Below are positions 9,123 through 16,631 of a stretch of DNA of 28,308 nucleotides, piece after piece. The notes below the pieces were generated by a model. The model did no database searches. It had not been told where the DNA came from and was given only the letters and a program-made list of their open reading frames with translations. The position numbers and the translations under genes are program-made. Each line of letters starts with the position of its first letter. Position 1 is the first letter of the stretch. Origin of the DNA: a virus (lineage: Duplodnaviria; Caudoviricetes); the IMG/VR virus record IMGVR_UViG_3300027406_000009, positions 1-28,308 of that record; one strand, written 5' to 3'.

Positions 9123-9201
9123 GGTTCTGTTTTGTTAGGGTTTGACCGCCCGTGTTACGTTTGTACGAAGGAGGGAGGCTCAACGGGGTCTCCCTTTTTT
9201 T
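9123..9201 (+). ncRNA. Candidate small RNA or late 3' UTR with antisense potential
   Basis: Non-coding, U/G-rich, preceded by TATATTCG (9115-9122) and closed by a terminator; complementary to early-gene leaders (see findings). Confidence 0.35.
9173..9201 (+). terminator. Rho-independent terminator ending the lysis module
   Basis: GGGAGGCTC-AACG-GGGTCTCCC followed by T7. Confidence 0.8.
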
Positions 9202-9205
9202 GCGT

Positions 9206-9263
9206 AAAAGAAAAAATAAATTCGTTTTTATGCTTGGATAACTAAATTAGTTTTGTAGTTTAG
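9206..9263 (+). promoter_or_regulatory. Bacteroidota-type early promoter P1
   Basis: A-tract, TTG (9234-9236), 19-nt spacer, TAGTTTAG (9256-9263); a canonical TAGTTTTG also sits at 9248-9255. Near-copy at 17779-17840. Confidence 0.7.
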
Positions 9264-9267
9264 CCAC

Positions 9268-9504
9268 ATGAACAACGCACAAAACAACACCATGACAAAC
9301 GCAACAACACAGCAGCTCGATAAAAAACTCGATGCATTGCACCTACAGTTTGAAGATATTCAACAAGAATGGAGTGAATTTCTTAGACTGACAGAGATGG
9401 AAAAAGTTCAAAGCGAAAAAAAACACATTGACTTTATAAATGAAATGAATCTTATAAGGGCGCGAGTTGAACGCTTCGAGGTCATAAGAAAAGAATCAAA
9501 ATAA
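9268..9504 (+). CDS. Hypothetical coiled-coil protein (alternative start 9292)
   Basis: AT-rich ORF bracketed by promoter P1 and a terminator. Confidence 0.65.
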   Translation: MNNAQNNTMTNATTQQLDKKLDALHLQFEDIQQEWSEFLRLTEMEKVQSEKKHIDFINEMNLIRARVERFEVIRKESK

Positions 9505-9511
9505 ACCCAAC

Positions 9512-9539
9512 GCCCCGGCTTCGGTCGGGGCTTTATTTT
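9512..9539 (+). terminator. Terminator with UUCG tetraloop
   Basis: GCCCCGGC-TTCG-GTCGGGGC followed by TTTATTTT. Confidence 0.8.
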
Positions 9540-9545
9540 ATTACC

Positions 9546-9689
9546 ATGAACGACAACAAGCAAACAGAACTCAAGCAAGCCTGGCTCACCTTGCACGATC
9601 TCCGACAGGAGCAACCCACAAGCCATCGTCTCACACGAACCGCCCTTCAAATGGCAATGGACATCGTACAAGAAAACATCGACCTATGA
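9546..9689 (+). CDS. Small hypothetical protein (47 aa, MNDNKQTELKQAW...)
   Basis: Translated by hand; ATGA overlap with the next gene. Confidence 0.6.
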   Translation: MNDNKQTELKQAWLTLHDLRQEQPTSHRLTRTALQMAMDIVQENIDL

Positions 9690-9967
9690 ACCACAGCCAA
9701 GAAGAGAACTGGGTTACAGGAAGACTCGGGACAACATCCGCATCCGCATACCGAGCGAGCGTATGGACACCCGTTGACGAAGACCACCTCAACGAACATC
9801 GCGATAAGTACATCGCAGACGGATGGAGGTCGTACCTGTGGACGAAGGGTTATGGGGGAAGAGATAAGTTCTTCCTCTCCAAGCTACCGAAGGACGAGTT
9901 CGAGGAACTTATTTACGTGAAGATGGATTACCCGAACTTCTGTTTATTCTATGACATCAATGAATGA
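9686..9967 (+). CDS. Hypothetical protein
   Basis: 93-aa ORF in a tightly coupled small-gene array. Confidence 0.65.
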   Translation: MNHSQEENWVTGRLGTTSASAYRASVWTPVDEDHLNEHRDKYIADGWRSYLWTKGYGGRDKFFLSKLPKDEFEELIYVKMDYPNFCLFYDINE

Positions 9968-10115
9968 ACTCCGACCCGATGCACTGGCTTACTTCAAGTG
10001 GGCGCAGGCAGAACACAACTCCGAAGATATCGACCGCCTTATCTTCGACCTCGAAAGTACACTCGAACAACTAAACAAACAGATCAATGAGCAAGCCAAT
10101 ATGCGTGCGAAGTAG
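9960..10115 (+). CDS. Small hypothetical protein (51 aa, MNELRPDALAYFKW...)
   Basis: Translated by hand; overlaps both neighbours. Confidence 0.55.
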   Translation: MNELRPDALAYFKWAQAEHNSEDIDRLIFDLESTLEQLNKQINEQANMRAK

Positions 10116-10239
10116 TGTGAACGTAAACCCAGCGAAAGACTTTAACGATTTCGCAGCAAACCTCCGAGATGAAGACGCGGAATTCGACCGCCTCATCTCT
10201 CAACTCAAGGAACACGTCCGAATAAACAGAACGAGATGA
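10087..10239 (+). CDS. Small hypothetical protein (50 aa, MSKPICVRSSV...)
   Basis: Translated by hand; A-rich leader; ATGA overlap with the next gene. Confidence 0.55.
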   Translation: MSKPICVRSSVNVNPAKDFNDFAANLRDEDAEFDRLISQLKEHVRINRTR

Positions 10240-10361
10240 TGAGTGAATGTTGTGGCGCTCCGCAATTTGGAGACTGGGAAATCTGTTCCCAGTGCCTTGA
10301 ACATTGCGATTTTGAAGAAGAATTTTTAACCCCTAAAACCAAAGAAAATGGGACAATCTAA
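10236..10361 (+). CDS. Small Cys-rich putative zinc-binding protein (41 aa)
   Basis: MMSECCGAP...ICSQCLEHC motif. Confidence 0.6.
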   Translation: MMSECCGAPQFGDWEICSQCLEHCDFEEEFLTPKTKENGTI

Positions 10362-10722
10362 AATCAAGACCATTCAACCGAATGGCACCTATGACAGCCA
10401 AAACGGCATTATGTACAAATTCGAAATACAACTCGAATCAGGAGACAGCGGAGAAGTATCTGCAAAGAGTGAAGACCGTTGGAGTGTCGGAGACGAAGTA
10501 GAATTCGAAGTCACCCCGTCGAAGTGGGGCGATAAGATGAAACTCATGAAGCCCGGGTTCACTCCAAATCAATCAAGGGGAAGCAACCCGGACATTCAAA
10601 AGAGGATCGATGCAAGCTGGGCAATTGGTCATGCGATCAATCAAGAGAGCGACCCTGAGAAGGTTCTCGAAGCGGCTGAGTTCCTTTTGTCTATCCGTAA
10701 CACTCTTATCTCGAAGCTATGA
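10348..10722 (+). CDS. Putative single-stranded DNA-binding (OB-fold-like) protein
   Basis: Beta-rich N-terminus (YKFEI...GEV...VGDEVEFEV) and position upstream of the replication genes; fold is inferred. Confidence 0.5.
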   Translation: MGQSKIKTIQPNGTYDSQNGIMYKFEIQLESGDSGEVSAKSEDRWSVGDEVEFEVTPSKWGDKMKLMKPGFTPNQSRGSNPDIQKRIDASWAIGHAINQESDPEKVLEAAEFLLSIRNTLISKL

Positions 10723-11006
10723 ACTGGACACCTGAAGAAGAAAAGCAGCTCGTTGAGACAATCAACCGCAACATCTATCAGAACAGCAAACGCCCAATCC
10801 AATGGAAGGCAATCAAACCGATGGAACGGCACACGCTCCCCGGAATGCAAACACGTTGGGCGAAGTATATACAGCCGAATATGAACTTCAACGGCTACCG
10901 ATACACGCCAAAGAAGAAGACCACAAAGAAGAAGGTCGAAACAAAGCGCGTGAAGGTCTCTCGTTCGTTCTTTTGGGGCGCGTTAAAGGTCACCCGATAT
11001 GAATAA
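10719..11006 (+). CDS. Myb/SANT-like helix-turn-helix protein
   Basis: WTPEEEKQL...W.AI...R......RW tryptophan pattern followed by a Lys-rich tail. Confidence 0.5.
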   Translation: MNWTPEEEKQLVETINRNIYQNSKRPIQWKAIKPMERHTLPGMQTRWAKYIQPNMNFNGYRYTPKKKTTKKKVETKRVKVSRSFFWGALKVTRYE

Positions 11007-11214
11007 TATCAAGCTGTTCTTGATAAGGAACTACGGCTCGACATTCAACGCAGCTCAAACTCTGGATGTAACCCCGAACACCGTCCGCAATTGGTGCGGG
11101 CGTATGCCTCGGAATATCCTTAAGCACCTCCCGGAGATATCCGAGTCGTGCGGAGCGACATACGCGGAGATCGTCGAAGAAGTTCTGTTGTGTGAAAGAG
11201 AGGGTATTGAATGA
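10999..11214 (+). CDS. Cro-like HTH DNA-binding protein
   Basis: YGS...AAQTLDVTPNTVRNW helix-turn-helix. Confidence 0.7.
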   Translation: MNNIKLFLIRNYGSTFNAAQTLDVTPNTVRNWCGRMPRNILKHLPEISESCGATYAEIVEEVLLCEREGIE

Positions 11215-11232
11215 CCTTTCTGAATTACGATA

Positions 11233-11240
11233 TAACTTTG
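11233..11240 (+). promoter_or_regulatory. Bacteroidota -7 element TAACTTTG
   Basis: Exact TAnnTTTG, 5 nt upstream of ATG 11246; no well-spaced -33 element (TTG is 23 nt away). Confidence 0.5.
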
Positions 11241-11245
11241 TAAGA

Positions 11246-11917
11246 ATGAACGGAATATGGATCCCCCAGGAGATTTGGGCATTGAATGACATCTCTCCCA
11301 TGCAAAGAATTCTCCTCTCTAAAATTCACGCGCTCAGTCACAAAGACGGTTCGTGTTGGGCAGGAGATGACTTCCTCGCTGAGTCTCTTGGGGTATCTTC
11401 TCAATACATCCGCAAGATGCGCAAGGAACTTTGCGAGACCGCACACATCAAATGTGAAGGGTATGGTCATCGAAGGAAGATGAGCGTACTTGTAGAAGCA
11501 ACAATCGGAACAAGCAACGATCGGAACAAGCAACAATCGTTGCAAGTAGAAGCAACTACAGTTGCAAAAGTTGCAACTATAGGCGCAAAAGTTGCAACTA
11601 CAGTTGCGCAGAGTAAAGAGAAGAGTATAGAGAAGAGTAAAGAAGTAGTGAAGAGAGTACGTTTTCAAGAACCAAGTTTGGAAGAAGCGATGAATTCATT
11701 CGAACTTGCGGGATCATCTCGCGACGAAGGCGAGAAGTTTTGGAACTACTACGAAGCCAACGGATGGAAAGCGGGCAGAAACAAGATGAAGAATTGGAAT
11801 GCTGCCGCGCGTAACTGGATAAAACGAAGTCATGAATTTACAACGAACAAAACAGGAACTCCAAAGCAACCAAGCCAAGACCAGCTTGAAGCATATCTCA
11901 AGCACGGGCATCTATAA
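11246..11917 (+). CDS. Phage replication initiator (N-terminal winged HTH, central iterons, C-terminal FWNYY..NGW...W.AAARNW domain)
   Basis: GIWIP.EIW, CWA....LAE.LGVS...I; repeat-rich linker as in lambda O-type initiators. ATG 11246 preferred over 11192. Confidence 0.75.
   Translation: MNGIWIPQEIWALNDISPMQRILLSKIHALSHKDGSCWAGDDFLAESLGVSSQYIRKMRKELCETAHIKCEGYGHRRKMSVLVEATIGTSNDRNKQQSLQVEATTVAKVATIGAKVATTVAQSKEKSIEKSKEVVKRVRFQEPSLEEAMNSFELAGSSRDEGEKFWNYYEANGWKAGRNKMKNWNAAARNWIKRSHEFTTNKTGTPKQPSQDQLEAYLKHGHL
11492..11660. repeat. Iteron array, putative replication origin
   Basis: AAGCAACnATCG at 11496, 11512, 11528 (16-nt period); GCAAC-N4-GTTGC at 11530, 11552, 11594; then a purine-rich AGAGTAnAGA repeat tract. 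Confidence 0.75.
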
Positions 11918-12386
11918 ACCCACCAACGAAGAAGCGTGGGAGGGTACTAACATCCTAACCGCACTTCGTTACCATCCCGAAGAGACTCGGGCGGCTGTCG
12001 TGACGATGATCAACAAGACAATTCAATTCATAGACGCAAAGAAGACCCTTCACTCATTCGAGGACATGGCACTTTGCGCAGAAACGATCTTCGAAGTATT
12101 CCCGGTTTTGAAACTCGAGGAATTGAGGCTAATTTGCGAGAGGATGAAACAAGGGTACTACGGCAACTTCTTTGAGCGACTCAAGATTCAGGAGTTCCGC
12201 GACTGCATTATCAAGCACGAAGCAGAACGAGCGCCTCTCCTGGAGCAACAACACAAGACGGTAAGTCGAGGAGCCGAAGACCCGCACAACGTAAAGCCTT
12301 ACGACCCCGAACAAGCACGCCTCGAATGGCGCATGAAGAACAACCCCTTCTTGATACCCGGATTAAACGCGCCTAATGATAAATGA
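11832..12386 (+). CDS. Hypothetical protein, possible replication accessory or helicase loader
   Basis: 184-aa helical ORF directly after the initiator; function by position only. Confidence 0.55.
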   Translation: MNLQRTKQELQSNQAKTSLKHISSTGIYKPTNEEAWEGTNILTALRYHPEETRAAVVTMINKTIQFIDAKKTLHSFEDMALCAETIFEVFPVLKLEELRLICERMKQGYYGNFFERLKIQEFRDCIIKHEAERAPLLEQQHKTVSRGAEDPHNVKPYDPEQARLEWRMKNNPFLIPGLNAPNDK

Positions 12387-13269
12387 ACAAGTAAATCTCT
12401 TTGGCGAGGTAATAGTTACCGACCCGATTTTGCGAGATGAATTCATCGAGCCTCCGTTTAGCGTTTTAGACACGAAGACGGGTAATTGGCAGAGACGGAA
12501 AAAGACTTGGAAAAAACTCGGTATAAAAAGCGAAATTGGACGCGTCGCAAAATCCATAAACAGCGGAACGGATTTATACCGGGACATATCAAAGAAACAA
12601 GGATATGACAACAAAGATAATTATACCTCCATTTTTGATCCTGCTTTGTGTGAAGTTCTTTATCATTGGTTTTGCCCAAAGGGAGGGCGCATACTCGACC
12701 CCTTTGCGGGTGGTTCGGTTCGCGGTATTGTAGCAAATAAACTAGGATACAAGTATACCGGAATTGATATAAGAGAAGAACAAATAGCAAGCAACAGAGA
12801 ACAAGGTGTTGAAATTTTGGAGGTTAATAATCAACCAAATTGGTATGTTGGCGATTCAAAGGAGGTTCTAGAAGGATTGAAAAAAGAATTTGATTTGGTT
12901 TTTAGTTGTCCTCCATATGCGAATCTTGAGATATACAGCGATCTAGAAGGAGACATCTCGAACAAGCCTTATAAAGAATTTTTCGAACTCTATGAATCTA
13001 TAATTCAAAAATCTTGCAATCTCTTGACCGCTGGCGGATTCGCTTGTTTTGTGGTTGGAGAGGTAAGAGATAAAAAAGGCAATTATATTGGATTCGTTCC
13101 CGATACAGTCAAGGCGTTTGAAAGGTGCGGCATGAAATTCTACAATGAAGCAATATTATTAAATCCAATTGCGAGTGCTTCGATGAGGGCGAACGGAAAC
13201 ATGAAGAGTAGAAAACTTGTAAAGATTCATCAAAACATCCTCATATTTAAAAAAACCGAGGTTTTATGA
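12376..13269 (+). CDS. Amino-DNA methyltransferase (N4-C/N6-A)
   Basis: SAM-binding ILDPFAGGSVRG followed by catalytic-like SCPPY. Confidence 0.8.
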   Translation: MINEQVNLFGEVIVTDPILRDEFIEPPFSVLDTKTGNWQRRKKTWKKLGIKSEIGRVAKSINSGTDLYRDISKKQGYDNKDNYTSIFDPALCEVLYHWFCPKGGRILDPFAGGSVRGIVANKLGYKYTGIDIREEQIASNREQGVEILEVNNQPNWYVGDSKEVLEGLKKEFDLVFSCPPYANLEIYSDLEGDISNKPYKEFFELYESIIQKSCNLLTAGGFACFVVGEVRDKKGNYIGFVPDTVKAFERCGMKFYNEAILLNPIASASMRANGNMKSRKLVKIHQNILIFKKTEVL

Positions 13270-13667
13270 GTTTAAGCAAAGCAAAGAAGAAACTCGACAA
13301 GATATTCTCTCAGTTCATCCGGCTGCGTGCGGTCAACGATGAAGGGTGGGGAGCTTGTTTCACTTGCGATCGCTTGCGCCATTACAAGAGCGCAGACGCA
13401 GGGCATTTCATGGTACGTCAGAAGATGCCCACCCGCTTCGATGAGTTGAACGTTCAATTCCAATGCAAGGCGTGCAACGGATTCGAAGGGGGAGCACAAT
13501 ACGAATTCGCGAAACGCCTCGACGAACTACACGGAGAAGGGACAGCGGATCGTCTCGTTCGGTTGAGCAACGAAACAAAGCGATTCAGCGTTCACGAGTT
13601 GGAGGCACTTTGCAAAATATATAAAGAGAAGGTAAATGAACTCAGGAAGTCGAAAGGGTTGGAATAG
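13266..13667 (+). CDS. ninG: NinG-like recombination endonuclease
   Basis: LDKIFSQFIRLR, CFTC, DAGHF, TRFDE.NV..QC..CN. Confidence 0.8.
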   Translation: MSLSKAKKKLDKIFSQFIRLRAVNDEGWGACFTCDRLRHYKSADAGHFMVRQKMPTRFDELNVQFQCKACNGFEGGAQYEFAKRLDELHGEGTADRLVRLSNETKRFSVHELEALCKIYKEKVNELRKSKGLE

Positions 13668-14121
13668 CTTTTTAACGAAGCATTATTCAAAACTTGTTCG
13701 CATCGCTCGACGATGGACGGACAGCCCTTCCGACCTTGTACATCACACTTACCTTCGATGTTTAGACAAACGCTTTCCCGATGGGGATAGTGAAAACCCG
13801 CTCGGGTACTTTGTTAAAGCCATGTACACCGAAGCGACACGAGGAAAATTCAAAGACTTATATCACGTAACAGATGCCGACCCCAAAGAACAAGCCTTCG
13901 AAAGCGATTGGACAAAAGCCATTCAACGAGAGCAAATGCAACTCATCCTTGACCGCCTATCCTGGTTTGATAGAACCATCTTCTCTCTATACCTGCAAGG
14001 GTGGAACATGGCTGACGTATCTCGACGGTCTCGCATTGGAGAATCGACCCTTTATCGCTCACTACACATCACCCGAAAAATCCTGAAAGATGTTCTTCGT
14101 AACGGCACAAAAGAGGACTGA
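13636..14121 (+). CDS. ECF-like RNA polymerase sigma factor
   Basis: Region 2-like HYSKLVRIARR...DLVH..Y and region 4-like LDRLSWFDRTIF.L...G.NMADVS....I...T. Confidence 0.7.
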   Translation: MNSGSRKGWNSFLTKHYSKLVRIARRWTDSPSDLVHHTYLRCLDKRFPDGDSENPLGYFVKAMYTEATRGKFKDLYHVTDADPKEQAFESDWTKAIQREQMQLILDRLSWFDRTIFSLYLQGWNMADVSRRSRIGESTLYRSLHITRKILKDVLRNGTKED

Positions 14122-14473
14122 CCGACTTAATATCTGCAAAGGCTGCGAACACTTCGTCGACAAGACCAAGAGTTGCGGAGACCTCGTGACAGAAGCCTTC
14201 ACCGACTCGGAGTTGTGCGGCTGTCATATGCCCACGAAGACCCGTCTCAAGGTTGCCTCCTGTCCTCTAAGTAAGTGGGAAGCAGAAATAAAACAAGCAG
14301 ACCTCGAAGCGATCAAGACATTTCTCAAAACAGAGAACCAATTCAGAACAAACGGACAGCTCGCGAAGCTTTATTCGAAGGTCACAGGAACGAACACCCA
14401 AGCAAGTCAATGCAGTTCGTGCAACCGTCGAATGCTTGCGGAGCTACAAAAGCTAATAAACGAAACAGAATGA
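14090..14473 (+). CDS. Cys-rich hypothetical protein
   Basis: R..IC..C, CGC.M..KT, SCP..KW and a C-terminal CSSC. Confidence 0.7.
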   Translation: MFFVTAQKRTDRLNICKGCEHFVDKTKSCGDLVTEAFTDSELCGCHMPTKTRLKVASCPLSKWEAEIKQADLEAIKTFLKTENQFRTNGQLAKLYSKVTGTNTQASQCSSCNRRMLAELQKLINETE

Positions 14474-14673
14474 GTTACACTACAACGGAACGCGAGAAGA
14501 TAGCGGAGAACATCCGCCAATTCCTCAAACAAGACAGGAAAGAGAAATTTGAAGATCAGCACTTTGGAGGCGATCCCTTCCTTGTGAAGCGGGTTCTTCC
14601 CATGACCCCATACGACAAAGAGACCCTGGAGAATATCGCACGGGATGTTGAGGGTCGTATATTGCACCCATGA
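14470..14673 (+). CDS. Hypothetical protein (67 aa, MSYTTTEREK...)
   Basis: ATGA overlaps on both sides; this is the 3' part of track ORF 14275..14673. Confidence 0.6.
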   Translation: MSYTTTEREKIAENIRQFLKQDRKEKFEDQHFGGDPFLVKRVLPMTPYDKETLENIARDVEGRILHP

Positions 14674-14891
14674 GAAACGCAAGAAAAGCCCTCCTCCATG
14701 CGAAGAACTTCCTGCTCATCACGGAGAACGATAAAGCAATCCGACTCCATGCCGGGGACGATCCCGCGACTTTACTCCTAACCTTAGCTGTCCATAACGA
14801 TGAATTCAGATACACCCTCGAAGCCGTCCTCGATCAAGCCAATGAAACTCTCGGGGATCAAACAAAACCCGACGAACCCTCGGATAATTAA
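14670..14891 (+). CDS. Hypothetical protein
   Basis: 73-aa ORF coupled to the upstream gene. Confidence 0.55.
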   Translation: MRNARKALLHAKNFLLITENDKAIRLHAGDDPATLLLTLAVHNDEFRYTLEAVLDQANETLGDQTKPDEPSDN

Positions 14892-16299
14892 AGACGATAA
14901 ATTCCAAAAGCTCGTAACGAGTATAAAGGAGTTTCCGGAGATGCTCGAAGCGCGTCCAATTGTAGTCAATCCGGATATGATTGTCCTCGGTGGTAACATG
15001 AGGCTAAAGGCAGCCAAAGCCGCAGGACTGACCGAGGCACCCGTCTATGTCGCTACATGGGAAGAAAGCAAGGCGAAGGAGTTCATCGTGAAAGATAACG
15101 TCGGTTTTGGCGAATGGGATTGGGATATCCTCGCGAACGAATGGGACGCAGCAGAACTCGATGAATGGGGTCTCGATGTATGGCAACCCGAAGAAGAAGA
15201 AGAGGTCGAAGGATTGACCGACCCCGACGAAGTACCCGAAGCACCGGAAGAGCCAAAGACCAAACTCGGAGACTTGTATATCTTGGGAGGGCATCGTTTG
15301 CTTTGTGGGGACTCTACGAAGGCGGAGGACGTGGAGAAGCTAATGAACGGAGAGAAAGCCACGCTGATACACGCAGACCCACCGTACGGAATGGGCAAAG
15401 AGAAAGACGGGGTACTCAACGACAACCTTTATTCGGATAAATTAGACGCGTTCCAAATGGATTGGTGGAGAGCATTTCGCCCACATCTCGAAGACAACGC
15501 GAGCGCTTACATTTGGGGCAACGCTCCCGACCTTTGGAGGTTGTGGTATCGTGGAGGGCTTTCTGAGTCTGAGCGAATGACCATGAGGAATGAAGTCGTT
15601 TGGTTTAAACCTCCTTCGGGCTTGGGAGATGGTCAAAACAACTCAAGTGGTCGGAGTTTTGGGTCAATTACGGAACGCGCTCTTTTCTTCATGCTTGGAG
15701 AGCAAGGATTTAATAATAACTCCGACAACTATTGGGAAGGATGGGAGCCGTTGCGAACCTACCTAAAAAACGAACGAGACAAAATTGGGTGGAACAATAA
15801 AGTTGTGGCGGGCTTCTTTGGTTTTCATCCGCGTATGGCTGACCATTGGTTCTCTCAAAGTCAATGGTCGATGCCGACCGAGGATCAATATAAGAGACTC
15901 CAACAAGAAGCAAAAAAAGAAGCTTTCAAGCGCGAACACGACGATTTGAAGCGCGAACACGACAGAATAAAAGAGGAGTTCTATAAGACCCGCGCATTCT
16001 TTGACAACACTCACGACAACATGACAGAGGTTTGGCAATTCGAAAGAGTCAAGGGAGAAGAGCGGCACGGACACGCAACCCCGAAACCCGTTGAAATGAT
16101 GGAGCGAGTCATGAAGTCAAGCGCACCAATTGGAGCAATAACGATTGAACCCTTCCTCGGTTCAGGGTCGACCCTCATCGGGGCAGAGAAGACCGGGCGC
16201 AAATGTTACGGCATGGAATTAGACCCGAAGTATTGCGACGTAATTGTAAAGCGATGGGAGGACTTCACAGGTAAAAAGGCAGAGCTATGGAAGCCGTGA
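14842..16299 (+). CDS. ParB/Srx-like domain fused to a beta-class N6/N4 DNA methyltransferase
   Basis: NPR.I, RPIVV, LGGNMRL.A and KDN (ParB-like); DPPY, H.TPKP, PFLGSGSTL and GMELDP.YCD (MTase). ATG 14842 preferred over 14800. Confidence 0.85.
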   Translation: MKLSGIKQNPTNPRIIKDDKFQKLVTSIKEFPEMLEARPIVVNPDMIVLGGNMRLKAAKAAGLTEAPVYVATWEESKAKEFIVKDNVGFGEWDWDILANEWDAAELDEWGLDVWQPEEEEEVEGLTDPDEVPEAPEEPKTKLGDLYILGGHRLLCGDSTKAEDVEKLMNGEKATLIHADPPYGMGKEKDGVLNDNLYSDKLDAFQMDWWRAFRPHLEDNASAYIWGNAPDLWRLWYRGGLSESERMTMRNEVVWFKPPSGLGDGQNNSSGRSFGSITERALFFMLGEQGFNNNSDNYWEGWEPLRTYLKNERDKIGWNNKVVAGFFGFHPRMADHWFSQSQWSMPTEDQYKRLQQEAKKEAFKREHDDLKREHDRIKEEFYKTRAFFDNTHDNMTEVWQFERVKGEERHGHATPKPVEMMERVMKSSAPIGAITIEPFLGSGSTLIGAEKTGRKCYGMELDPKYCDVIVKRWEDFTGKKAELWKP

Positions 16300-16631
16300 A
16301 GACCAACACATCCAACACCAAAAAAGAAGCAATGCTCGAAGCCCTCGACAAGTCTTTGGGTATTGTATCAACAGCCGCGAAGATGGTAGGTATCGACCGA
16401 TCGACCCATTACGCATGGCTGAAGGCAGACGAGGAATATAAGAGCGCGGTCAACTCAATTCAAGACGGTGTCCTCGACTTCGCAGAATCGCACCTTTACA
16501 AACTCGTGAAGGAAGGCAACCCCGCAGCGACGATATTCTTCCTCAAGACTAAAGGCAAGAAGCGCGGATATATCGAACGGCAAGAGATAGAGGTTCAAGA
16601 GAAGAAGCCGCTCTCGTGGTTGGATGAATAA
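16287..16631 (+). CDS. terS: Terminase small subunit
   Basis: HTH AAKMVGIDRSTHY.W; AE..L; A.IFFLKT; immediately upstream of terL. Confidence 0.75.
   Translation: MEAVKTNTSNTKKEAMLEALDKSLGIVSTAAKMVGIDRSTHYAWLKADEEYKSAVNSIQDGVLDFAESHLYKLVKEGNPAATIFFLKTKGKKRGYIERQEIEVQEKKPLSWLDE

Noticed and set aside
9115-9201. tRNA gene
   Set aside because: No cloverleaf, T-loop GTTCRA or acceptor stem could be formed here or in other intergenic gaps.
11492-11610. CRISPR-like array
   Set aside because: Repeats are short, adjacent and lack unique spacers; they lie in frame within the initiator gene.
14275-14469. 5' extensions of track ORFs (14275; likewise 8641, 11192, 14800, 23939, 27980)
   Set aside because: Downstream ATGs give typical stop/start coupling or domain boundaries, and the extensions overlap other genes.
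14842-15200. ParABS plasmid-prophage partition system
   Set aside because: No ParA ATPase is present; the ParB-like domain is the N-terminal module of a methyltransferase.
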